From: Candidatus Babeliales bacterium
Lineage (GTDB): Bacteria > Babelota > Babeliae > Babelales > RVW-14
Direction: 5' to 3'
Length of the DNA stretch: 64,000 nt
Assembly: GCA_041671765.1 (NCBI GenBank)
Contig: JBAZAX010000002.1
Coordinates: 3,609 to 67,608 of the forward strand
The stretch's first letter is position 1; each line of letters begins with the position of its first letter. Below the pieces are notes generated by a model. It searched no databases. It saw only the letters and a list, made by a program, of their open reading frames with translations, and was not told the origin of the DNA. Shown here in pieces: positions 8,674 to 17,226 of the stretch. Made by a program: the position numbers and the translations under genes.

Positions 8674-9828
8674 TTACTTGCTTCGCAGATGCAATCGCAT
8701 ATGCCCTTTTTGAATTCCCTCCCCAATCAGGGCTTTAAGCGCTGCAAAATTCTGCGCCAGGCCAACACTTGCAATAATTTGTGCAAGATCTGAGGCAGAT
8801 TTTACATCAAGAATTTTTAAACAAAGTTTAGCAAAAGGATTATTTTTTGTAGCGCCACCAACGATGCCAACAACAAGTGGAATTTCGATTGTTCCAACAA
8901 GATTACCACTCTCATTTTTTGAATATTCTGTTAAAGGCTTATAAGAATTGTGCATAGCCGCGTATCCATGAACACCAGACTCGATTGCACGAAAATCATT
9001 GCCTGTTGCCAAACAAACTGCATCAATTCCATTCATTATGCCTTTGTTATGTGTAATGGCACGGAATATATCAATTTTTGCAATCTCATTTGCCTGGATA
9101 ATTTTATTTATTAAATCAGAACCAAGCTCTTCTTTTGACCAAATGGCACGAGCTTTTACAACTCTATTAACAGCAAGATTTGATAATATTTTTAACAACA
9201 CAGTGCCGCATGTTAATTTTTCTATAACAGGCGCTATTGCTTCGCACATTGTGTTTACAACATTTGCACCCATTGCATCTTTGACATCAACCAAAATATG
9301 CAAAACTAAAACTTTTCCAAGTGATATTGATTCTATTTCTCGAATATTTAAATCAAATGCTCCCCCACCCAAATTTACAAGCACAGAATCTTGAGCATTT
9401 GCAAATTCAAGAATTTCAGTTTTATGTTCTTCTATGTTTTGCTTTGCCTGAGAAATATTCGTAATATTTAAAACATGCACCTGCCCAATCATCACAGATC
9501 GACTTACACTTGCAGTAAATCCACCACAGGTTCTGGCCAATTTTGCCGCATTACTTGCAGCTGCAATTACGCTGGCCTCTTCAGTGGCCAGCGGAACCAA
9601 ATAATCTTTGCCATTAATTATAAAATTTGTAGCAAGGCCAAGCGGCACAGGAAAAACAGAAATCATATTTTCGATCATCTGCTCAGCAACGCCAAATTCC
9701 AAATTATCTTTTAAATTTAATAACAAAAGATCTTGCTCGGAAAGTCCTGCAAACTTTCTTAATAAATTAAGCCGCTCATCGCGGCTTAATTTGTAAAATT
9801 CTTTTATTCTGCTGTTGCGTTCTCTCAT
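8674..9828 (-). CDS. mvaA: HMG-CoA reductase, class II type
   Basis: 'MIENMISVFPVPLGLATNFIINGKDYLVPLATEEASVIAAASNAAKLA' follows the class II pattern (ENxIG...NFxINGxDxLVP..EEPSxxAAAS). C-terminal 'GIQKGHMRLH'. Confidence 0.85.
   Translation of the reverse strand: MRERNSRIKEFYKLSRDERLNLLRKFAGLSEQDLLLLNLKDNLEFGVAEQMIENMISVFPVPLGLATNFIINGKDYLVPLATEEASVIAAASNAAKLARTCGGFTASVSRSVMIGQVHVLNITNISQAKQNIEEHKTEILEFANAQDSVLVNLGGGAFDLNIREIESISLGKVLVLHILVDVKDAMGANVVNTMCEAIAPVIEKLTCGTVLLKILSNLAVNRVVKARAIWSKEELGSDLINKIIQANEIAKIDIFRAITHNKGIMNGIDAVCLATGNDFRAIESGVHGYAAMHNSYKPLTEYSKNESGNLVGTIEIPLVVGIVGGATKNNPFAKLCLKILDVKSASDLAQIIASVGLAQNFAALKALIGEGIQKGHMRLHLRSK
9761..9808. repeat. Direct repeat copy X (inside the HMG-CoA reductase 5' codons)
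   Basis: 'AATAAATTAAGCCGCTCATCGCGGCTTAATTTGTAAAATTCTTTTATT'. By hand alignment about 44 of 49 positions match 10444-10490. Confidence 0.8.
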
Positions 9829-9833
9829 TGTTA

Positions 9834-10304
9834 TTACAATTTTGGAACCAATTGACTTAAAACCCTTTGTTTATCCATAGCATTCATTAAGCAGACACAA
9901 AAACCCGTAACCATAACACGATATAACTTTTCTACTTGATGGCATAAATCAGCCATAGCGGACTTTGTGCACACGTCATATCGACATATCTGCATTAAAT
10001 TTTTGAGTATAATATTTTTCAAAACTTCTACTCTATGTTTAGCAATATAAGATAATTCATACGATTTTAAACTTTCGTCTAGCAAAAAATACGAAAATTC
10101 AACATAGACATTATATGGAATCTCAGAGGGTTTAATTTGATCAACTAATGACTCAATCGATGCAACATTGTAACAAGCATTTACAGAAGAAGATCTTATA
10201 AAACTAGCAAACGCTGTCTCAAATGATTCTGTCATTGCAGATAAGCTAGATACACCAAAAAAAACAATCGCTATAACAAATTTTCTCATAAAAATCCTTA
10301 ACAC
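9834..10304 (-). CDS. Hypothetical secreted protein
   Basis: 156-aa ORF with signal-like 'FVIAIVFFGVSSLSA'. No recognisable motif. Flanked by a 48-bp direct repeat. Confidence 0.5.
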   Translation of the reverse strand: MLRIFMRKFVIAIVFFGVSSLSAMTESFETAFASFIRSSSVNACYNVASIESLVDQIKPSEIPYNVYVEFSYFLLDESLKSYELSYIAKHRVEVLKNIILKNLMQICRYDVCTKSAMADLCHQVEKLYRVMVTGFCVCLMNAMDKQRVLSQLVPKL

Positions 10305-10440
10305 TAAAAAACATTATAAATTTAGTTAAAAACTCCAAAAACGTACCCCCTTAGTGTTATGCTATTAAAAACGTTTTTTAAAAAAAATCAAGTTTTAAAA
10401 TTAAAAACAAAAAATTATATTTTAAAAATTGTATTACGCT

Positions 10441-10472
10441 GCTAATAAAATAAGCCGCTTACCGCGGCTTAT
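10441..10472 (-). terminator. Rho-independent terminator of ORF 10501-11169
   Basis: 9-bp stem ATAAGCCGC/GCGGCTTAT with a 5-nt loop, followed on the minus strand by 'TTTATTA'. Confidence 0.6.
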
Positions 10473-10490
10473 TTGTAAAATTTTTTTATT
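10444..10490. repeat. Direct repeat copy Y (intergenic; doubles as a terminator hairpin)
   Basis: 'AATAAAATAAGCCGCTTACCGCGGCTTATTTGTAAAATTTTTTTATT'. Confidence 0.8.
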
Positions 10491-10500
10491 TAACTACTTT

Positions 10501-11169
10501 TCATGCATGTAAAATTTCTACAGTTCCATCACCAAAAAGCCTAACCATCTTACCATCAACAACTCTAACTTCAGCGCCATCTCTTATTATTTGACTTAAA
10601 ATCAAACAAAAGCCAGGCAACACAAATTGGAAAAGACTTTTTACAGATGAAGCTTCTTCGTATTCGCTTTTCTGCTCAAAAAATCTATTTTCATATTTGC
10701 TTAACAAATTCACTTCAAGCCAACACCATAATAAGTTTTGACGATTGTCATGTATTGCATCTTCATCAATCCCATAAATGTCTCCGACGCCATATCCAAG
10801 CTGTAATAATTGTGAAAGTAAAAAATACATGAATTTTTTATATTCCAAATAGGAGCATTCCATAGCAGAATGCGTAACCCCGCTAGCTGTTGTCACAATA
10901 GCGACTGAAGGATTAAAAGAGTCTACATATCGCTTATAAGCCACTTTAAAATCTTCTTTTAATTTTTCTGCTAAAACATGATTTTGATCAAGTTTTTTTT
11001 TCAAAACATCCGCTAAATCTAATTTAGGCCCATCTTGTTCTGGCAAAGGAGAAAAAAATCTCTCAACGCCACCATCGGGCATAGGTAACTTTGTACCAAC
11101 TTTTTCATCATGACCTCCATATAAATTCAACGACAAAAACACAACAGCAGGTGCTATTAACCTTTTCAT
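10501..11169 (-). CDS. Hypothetical secreted protein
   Basis: 222-aa ORF with signal-like 'LIAPAVVFLSLNLYG', followed by a hairpin terminator at 10441-10472. Confidence 0.55.
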   Translation of the reverse strand: MKRLIAPAVVFLSLNLYGGHDEKVGTKLPMPDGGVERFFSPLPEQDGPKLDLADVLKKKLDQNHVLAEKLKEDFKVAYKRYVDSFNPSVAIVTTASGVTHSAMECSYLEYKKFMYFLLSQLLQLGYGVGDIYGIDEDAIHDNRQNLLWCWLEVNLLSKYENRFFEQKSEYEEASSVKSLFQFVLPGFCLILSQIIRDGAEVRVVDGKMVRLFGDGTVEILHA

Positions 11170-11342
11170 AAAACCCCTATAATAATATAAATAATAATAT
11201 AAAATTTCACACTTACAAAAACTTTATGATACCCCAACAAGAGTGCTTGCAATTAAATACTTTTTTTAAAAAAAATCAAGCCTTTTTCCATCCAAAAATA
11301 TTTTAAATTTGTTATACTCCTAAAAATAAACGAAGGTGTTTC

Positions 11343-11717
11343 ATGAAAAAATCAGATAAAAATATTACTATTCAAAACTTAAAAGATATTGCAAAAAAAT
11401 TTAGAGATGACCGAGATTGGGCTCAATTTCACAGCCCAAAAGAATTAGCAATCGACATGTCGATTGAAACAGGTGAACTCCTAGAACTTTTCTTATGGAA
11501 AAGCAAAGAAGAAATAGCAGAAAAGCTAATTTCTGATACAAACTTTAAACAAAATGTTTCAGATGAACTTGCAGATGTTGTACACGCATGCCTAGCGTTT
11601 GCCAACTCAGCAGATATAGATCTTGCATCTGCCGTGATAACAAAAATTGAAAAAACTGCACAAAAATATCCAATTGAAAAAGCCAAAGGGCAGACCAAAA
11701 AATACACTGAGCTTTAG
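11343..11717 (+). CDS. MazG-like nucleotide pyrophosphohydrolase (dCTPase-like)
   Basis: 'FRDDRDWAQFHSPKELAIDMSIETGELLELFLWK' and 'ELADVVHACLAFAN', the MazG-type acidic helix pair. 124 aa. RBS 'GAAGGTG' upstream. Confidence 0.75.
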   Translation: MKKSDKNITIQNLKDIAKKFRDDRDWAQFHSPKELAIDMSIETGELLELFLWKSKEEIAEKLISDTNFKQNVSDELADVVHACLAFANSADIDLASAVITKIEKTAQKYPIEKAKGQTKKYTEL

Positions 11718-11758
11718 GTCAAATATTTGGATCACAAATTTTAATCGATTGGATAGTA

Positions 11759-12742
11759 ATGACAAAAAGAACAGTCTTGGTTGTTGGCGGCGCCGGTTAC
11801 ATCGGATCACACGCATGCTGGCTTTTACACGAACAGGGTTACGAAGTTGTAATTCTGGACGCATTATTACACAATCAAAAATTTACCCATAGCTGGGCAA
11901 AACTTATAAAAGGCGACTTTGCAGATCAAAAACTACTCAAAGCCATTTTTACTAATTACAAAATAGATACCGTAATGCATTTTGCAGCATTTATCGAAGT
12001 TGGTGAGTCAGTAAAAAAACCAAAAGATTTTTATAATAACAACGTAACTAAAACATTAACGTTGCTTGATACTATGCTTGAATATAACGTCAAAAAATTT
12101 ATATTCTCTTCGAGCTGCGCCGTCTATGGCGTACCACAAAAACTTCCACTTGATGAAGCGCATCCACTGGCACCAATTAATCCTTATGGCAAAAATAAAC
12201 TAACAATTGAATTTGTTTTACAAGACTACCACACGGCATATAATTTAAACTATGTATCATTACGTTATTTCAACGCAGCGGGGGCACACTTTGAACAAGG
12301 TCTAGGCGAGCAACACTCCCCAGAAACACATGTAATTCCACTGCTAATAAGAGCAGCAATGCAAGACAAAGAATTTTTTATCTTTGGCGATAATTATCCA
12401 ACACATGATGGCACATGCGTAAGAGACTACGTACATGTTCTTGATATTGCCCAAGCACACATATTGGCGTACGACTACCTAGAAAAGCACGGAAAATCAA
12501 ATAGCTTCAATCTCGGCTCACAAAATGGTAATACAATTAAAGAATTAATTAAACAAATTGAACAAATTTGTAAAAAGAAAATCAAAACCAAATATTGGCC
12601 AAGAAGAGAAGGAGATGTGCCTATTTTAGTTGCAAATTCAAATAAAGCGCAACAAGAACTTGGCTGGGAAGCAAAGCTCTCAGATCTAGAAAATATTTTA
12701 AAAAGCGCTTATGAATGGGAACTAATACTTAAAAAAATGTAA
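11759..12742 (+). CDS. galE: UDP-glucose 4-epimerase
   Basis: 'VLVVGGAGYIGSH' Rossmann motif, 'SSSCAVYG' and catalytic 'YGKNKL' (YxxxK). 327 aa. Confidence 0.9.
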   Translation: MTKRTVLVVGGAGYIGSHACWLLHEQGYEVVILDALLHNQKFTHSWAKLIKGDFADQKLLKAIFTNYKIDTVMHFAAFIEVGESVKKPKDFYNNNVTKTLTLLDTMLEYNVKKFIFSSSCAVYGVPQKLPLDEAHPLAPINPYGKNKLTIEFVLQDYHTAYNLNYVSLRYFNAAGAHFEQGLGEQHSPETHVIPLLIRAAMQDKEFFIFGDNYPTHDGTCVRDYVHVLDIAQAHILAYDYLEKHGKSNSFNLGSQNGNTIKELIKQIEQICKKKIKTKYWPRREGDVPILVANSNKAQQELGWEAKLSDLENILKSAYEWELILKKM

Positions 12743-12767
12743 AAAATAATAAAAGTAGGGAGAAGAG

Positions 12768-14336
12768 ATGATTGAAGTAATAAAAAGATACAAGTGGTTT
12801 TTGATTGGACTTTTTGCATTTGCACTGTTTATACGCGCTGCAATTTTCGTTGGATATTTAGGTAAAAATCAAAATTTTTGGCAAGTTGATTCAAATACAT
12901 ATCATCTAATCGCAGAACAAATTTCGCAAGGGCATGGAATATGCACAGATCCAGGACATCCTAATTTTTATCGACTTCCAGGATATTCTTTATTCCTGTC
13001 CGCATTTTATAAAATATTTGGACCTGATACAAAAAATGTTTTATGGTTGCAAATTTTTATGGCCGCATTAATTCCGCTTCTGATTTTTTTACTCGGATGT
13101 ATACTTTTCCCGCAAAATATATTAATTGCAAAAACTGCCGGCATTTACGGTAGCATTCATATTGGTTATGTCCTTTATTCAGGGTTTTTCATGGCTGAAA
13201 GCCTATTTATTTTTTTATTCTTAATTTTTGCCATTTTATTTTTATCTTCCGTTCACTTATTTTTTTGTTTTCAAAACAGATGTAACTGCAAAGAATCTGA
13301 TAAAATCTTTCGGTATTTTAGCCTACCTGACCCCATTGCAACAAGTGAACCCTATCTAAGTCTTTTTGAAGACATGTTTGAAAACGAACAAAAAAACGTA
13401 GTACTGTGCAACTGCCAAGAAACAGAACTAATAAAATCATCTCGCAATCTTTTAGGGGCGGGATTTGCGCTTGGACTCGCATCTCTGGTACGCCCAGTTG
13501 GGCATTATTTAATCTGTCTTTCAATTTTGATATTAATTTTTTCAAACGAAACATGTAGGCAAAAGATCAGTAAAAGTTTTACGCTTTTTTGCGGATGGAT
13601 TGTTCCGGTTATCTTCTGGCTTGCACGTAATTTTATACTCACCGGACATATATTCTTTCATACACTTCCCGGCGGACATTTTCTTTATTTTTCTGCAAGT
13701 CGAGTTGCAATGCATGAATGCCATTGTTCTTATGACCAAGCAAAAGATATTTTGAGAAAAAAAGTAGATGAGATAGTGACACAAGAAGAACAAATTAAAC
13801 ACAAAAAGCTATCCGAAATAGAACAGTGCGACATTCGAGAAAATCTTGCTAAGCAGTATTTTAAAAAATACCCAGCATTGTCAATCAAACTCTGGTTAAC
13901 TGATATATTTCGAACTGCGACTTCGCTTTACAGCGCCGAGCTACTTTATATTGAATCCGGACGAAAAGAAATTGATTATTTTAATGCAAAACGAACTATC
14001 AAATCTATGGTATACAAATATCTTGTCCCACAAACGGAAAAATCCTGGCTTCGATGGTTAATAAGACTAGAAATTTTGGTATTTTTTTTAATGATTCTTG
14101 GACTCTTTTTGGGATTTTTAAGAACGGTTTTTAGATGCATTAAAAACTGGGACAGCGAGATAAATAGAATTAACCTCTGCTCGTGGCTCCGAAGCCTTGC
14201 ATTTGCAACTTTTTTCATTGTAATCGGACTCGCGGGAGGGTATGCACGGATGCGATTGCCTGCAGAGGTATTTTTAATTATTTTATCTATGAGCTTTTGG
14301 GTGCCAATGCTTACAGAATTTAAAAATAAATCATGA
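12768..14336 (+). CDS. GT-C-like polytopic membrane glycosyltransferase (PMT_2/ArnT-like), paralog 1
   Basis: Many hydrophobic helices and an early loop 'FYRLPGYSLFLSAFYKIFG'. Shares 'LVRPVGHYL', 'ARNFILTGHIFFHTL' and 'GGYARMRLP' with ORF 17227-18756. Confidence 0.65.
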   Translation: MIEVIKRYKWFLIGLFAFALFIRAAIFVGYLGKNQNFWQVDSNTYHLIAEQISQGHGICTDPGHPNFYRLPGYSLFLSAFYKIFGPDTKNVLWLQIFMAALIPLLIFLLGCILFPQNILIAKTAGIYGSIHIGYVLYSGFFMAESLFIFLFLIFAILFLSSVHLFFCFQNRCNCKESDKIFRYFSLPDPIATSEPYLSLFEDMFENEQKNVVLCNCQETELIKSSRNLLGAGFALGLASLVRPVGHYLICLSILILIFSNETCRQKISKSFTLFCGWIVPVIFWLARNFILTGHIFFHTLPGGHFLYFSASRVAMHECHCSYDQAKDILRKKVDEIVTQEEQIKHKKLSEIEQCDIRENLAKQYFKKYPALSIKLWLTDIFRTATSLYSAELLYIESGRKEIDYFNAKRTIKSMVYKYLVPQTEKSWLRWLIRLEILVFFLMILGLFLGFLRTVFRCIKNWDSEINRINLCSWLRSLAFATFFIVIGLAGGYARMRLPAEVFLIILSMSFWVPMLTEFKNKS

Positions 14337-14416
14337 TTTTTCCAGCCTAATTTCTGCATTTGCATATTTGTGGTATTCTTCCAATTATTATATAAAAAAA
14401 ATACCTATCAACGGCT

Positions 14417-14908
14417 TTGAAAGAAAACATGCAATACAAAATTGTACAATCTAATCGAATATTATTCGCAGGCATAGAATTACGGCTAAATCTTACAGAT
14501 GAGCAAGCACCTCAAAAAATTGGTAATTTTTGGAATAAATTTTTTACAGAAAAAATATTAGACAAAATTGTAAATGCAAAAAAGCCTATAAATACAATGG
14601 CTCTTTACACAAATTATGATAATCAAGGCAATTATTCTATGGTTATTGGATGCCAAGCAACCTCTCGAAGCAATATTCCGTCAGACATGACTTCAGAAAT
14701 TAATGTATATGAAATTCCTGCGGCAAAATACGCAGTATTTTCAGTCACAGGTCAATTTCCTCAAGCTGTTTCAGATTTTTGGCAAAAATTGTGGTTAAAC
14801 AAAGACAACTTGGGATTTCAACGCGCATTTACTACGGACTTTGAATTATATGATCATAGATTTTCATCTGCAACGCCAGAAATGGACGTTTATACCGCGA
14901 TTAAATAG
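14417..14908 (+). CDS. GyrI-like / AraC-effector-binding-domain small-molecule binding protein
   Basis: 163 aa. 'FWNKFF', 'YEIPAAKYAVFSVTG' and 'FELYD' are typical of the GyrI-like fold. TTG at 14417, alternative ATG at 14429. Confidence 0.6.
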   Translation: MKENMQYKIVQSNRILFAGIELRLNLTDEQAPQKIGNFWNKFFTEKILDKIVNAKKPINTMALYTNYDNQGNYSMVIGCQATSRSNIPSDMTSEINVYEIPAAKYAVFSVTGQFPQAVSDFWQKLWLNKDNLGFQRAFTTDFELYDHRFSSATPEMDVYTAIK

Positions 14909-14920
14909 AAAGAACCACTA

Positions 14921-16543
14921 ATGCCTAAGGAAAAACGTACGCTACACACATACTTATTGCTAGCTCTCTTTCTGTTCTCAACTTTCTCGTTCATTAAATC
15001 AGACATCAAAGAAATTGATTCTATAGCTCAAGTTAAAGAAGAATTTCAAAGTGCTAACAACAAAACCCTGGTCATCTTCGATATGGATGATACTTTAATT
15101 GTTCCTGTTGATAAAATATTTTATGTCATGAAGTGCGTTAACAGAAATATCAATGATTTTGACGAGCAAGATAAGGAATTTGTAAAACAACTTAGACTTG
15201 GTGCAGAACGACTCATTTCGGACAAAAGAGATCAAAATTATGCAATAAGACTTGAAAGTTCGATAGATTCCAAAACAAGATTTGTTCCCACGGAAGATGA
15301 TACAGTCAAATTAATTAAAAATATGCAAAATCGAAACGTTAAAGTTATTGCGCTTACCGCAGCAAAAACAGGAGTTTTTGGGGTGATTGATAATTTAGGC
15401 GAATGGCGCTTGAAAAATCTTGCAAGCATTGGACTTGATTTTAGCTCAAGCTTTAATATTCAAGAAATTATTTTTGATAAATTAAAAAAATCAAATTTTA
15501 GTGGATATCCTGAATATTACAAGGGAATATTGATGGCTGCAAATAATCCCAAGGGAAAGGTTCTAGCCTCATTCCTTGATAAGAATGACGACTGGAAACC
15601 AGATAAAATCATATTCCTTGATGATAGTTATAATAATTGCAAAAATGTTGATGAAGCCATGAAACAACTTGGTATACCAATTCAATGTTACTGTTATAGG
15701 GCTGCATTTAAAAATAAAATTAAGTTAAACCAGAAAGTTATAAGATATCAGTTTGACCACTGGATTAAACACGAAGAGTTTTTAACAGAACAAAAGGCAC
15801 TTGAAAAGATTGATAACGAGCCAGCATATATAATTTACGATTTTGAAAAAGAACAAGTTATAAAAGACGATGGCGACATCCAAACACAAGAGAGCCCATG
15901 TTCAACTTTCAAGATAGCATTAAGTTTAATGGGTTTTGATTCAGGAATTCTTAAAAATGAGAATGCGCCTGAATGGCACTATAAAGATGAATACAACGCA
16001 GAATTCGATTTTTGGCGATGCGCCCAAACCCCAAAATCATGGATCAAAAAATCTTGCATCTGGTACTCGCAAGTTTTAACATCCATACTCGGGCCAGAAA
16101 AATTTCAAAATCACGTGAACAGTTTTTGTTACGGGAACAAGGATGGTTCCGGCAATCCAGGTAAAAACGATGGACTTTCAAGATCATGGCTATGTTCAAA
16201 TTTAAAAATCTCGCCAACTGAGCAAATTGAATTTCTCAAAAATTTATTGAAAAAAACTCTGCCAGTTTCTGAATATGCGCATGAACAAACGCAAAATATT
16301 TTGTATATTTCAGATCTTACTGATGGATGGAAGTTGTACGGCAAAACTGGGGCTGGGATTTATGAAGGTGGCATCAAGAGTATTGGCTGGTTTATTGGTT
16401 GGATTACAAATAAACAAATCAAAAAAACACTTATTTTCGCATATCTAATCAAATCAAATAATGATAAAATTGTTGTGAACGGCAACTTGGCAAAAGAAAA
16501 CATTCTGAAAATTTTAACCGAGGGATGTCATGCAAATTGTTAA
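14921..16543 (+). CDS. Secreted fusion protein: HAD-like (DxDxT) domain + class D beta-lactamase/BlaR-sensor-like domain
   Basis: Signal-like N-terminus. HAD motifs 'VIFDMDDTLIVP' and 'IIFLDDSYNN'. The C-terminal half has the class D set 'STFK', 'SCI' (SxV-type), 'YGN', 'KTG' and 'GWFIGW'. Confidence 0.75.
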   Translation: MPKEKRTLHTYLLLALFLFSTFSFIKSDIKEIDSIAQVKEEFQSANNKTLVIFDMDDTLIVPVDKIFYVMKCVNRNINDFDEQDKEFVKQLRLGAERLISDKRDQNYAIRLESSIDSKTRFVPTEDDTVKLIKNMQNRNVKVIALTAAKTGVFGVIDNLGEWRLKNLASIGLDFSSSFNIQEIIFDKLKKSNFSGYPEYYKGILMAANNPKGKVLASFLDKNDDWKPDKIIFLDDSYNNCKNVDEAMKQLGIPIQCYCYRAAFKNKIKLNQKVIRYQFDHWIKHEEFLTEQKALEKIDNEPAYIIYDFEKEQVIKDDGDIQTQESPCSTFKIALSLMGFDSGILKNENAPEWHYKDEYNAEFDFWRCAQTPKSWIKKSCIWYSQVLTSILGPEKFQNHVNSFCYGNKDGSGNPGKNDGLSRSWLCSNLKISPTEQIEFLKNLLKKTLPVSEYAHEQTQNILYISDLTDGWKLYGKTGAGIYEGGIKSIGWFIGWITNKQIKKTLIFAYLIKSNNDKIVVNGNLAKENILKILTEGCHANC

Positions 16544-16841
16544 AGAAAAAATCTCGATTCCAGAGTTAAAGGCAATGTCTAAAAAAATGTTTGGTGACAT
16601 GGTAAAAGCAGTTGTAGACATTGAAAAAGAAATTATGGTTGTGGATGCTATTATGCACGCTGATGAAGAACATCTACTTTTGGAAGAAGGCTCCGAACAA
16701 GGAAATCTCTGGGGCATAAACATTTACCCTGAAAAGATGTGGGATCAACGATGGATCGTGTTTGACTCAATGGTAAATCTTCGTCCTTCTTGGGGAAACA
16801 AGACTCGGGTGTTGATAATCCACAAATTCAAGAAAAAATAA
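16530..16841 (+). CDS. Small conserved hypothetical protein (DUF5674-like by recollection)
   Basis: 103-aa ORF whose ATG overlaps the upstream stop by 14 nt. The family assignment is from memory of 'VVD...MHADEE..LLE.GS.Q..LWG.N'. Confidence 0.5.
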   Translation: MQIVKEKISIPELKAMSKKMFGDMVKAVVDIEKEIMVVDAIMHADEEHLLLEEGSEQGNLWGINIYPEKMWDQRWIVFDSMVNLRPSWGNKTRVLIIHKFKKK

Positions 16842-16869
16842 AAAAAATAGTAACAAAATTGGTGACAAA

Positions 16870-17208
16870 ATGATTATACATAAAGGTCTTACGCATGAAC
16901 GCTGGTTTAAATTTTCACTTATGGAGCAACTGGCAAATATCGGCAGCGACATCGAACGTACAATTCAATGGAAAACCGATGGGGATATGGAATATAGCAA
17001 AAAGGCATTTGAACGCGCGCTAGAGTTATTGTACTTTACAATTGAAGACCCCAAAAACAGCGGCCCGCGACTTAGAGAGATTTTACGTGCACGTGAGGCC
17101 CTCATTGACCATTTCGTATACGACAATGAATACAACACAACGGATGAGCAATGGCAACAGTATTTTTATGATTTTAATTATGCAGCGGCTCTGGAACGCG
17201 GGAGATAA
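16870..17208 (+). CDS. Small hypothetical protein
   Basis: 112-aa ORF with 'ERWFKFSLMEQLANIGSDIERTIQW'. No function recognised. Confidence 0.5.
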   Translation: MIIHKGLTHERWFKFSLMEQLANIGSDIERTIQWKTDGDMEYSKKAFERALELLYFTIEDPKNSGPRLREILRAREALIDHFVYDNEYNTTDEQWQQYFYDFNYAAALERGR

Positions 17209-17226
17209 AATTTAATATTTTCGAAA

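Noticed and set aside
11607-11892. ORFs 11607-11864 (minus) and 11647-11892 (plus) spanning the MazG/galE junction
   Set aside because: They overlap two confidently identified genes and have no independent support.
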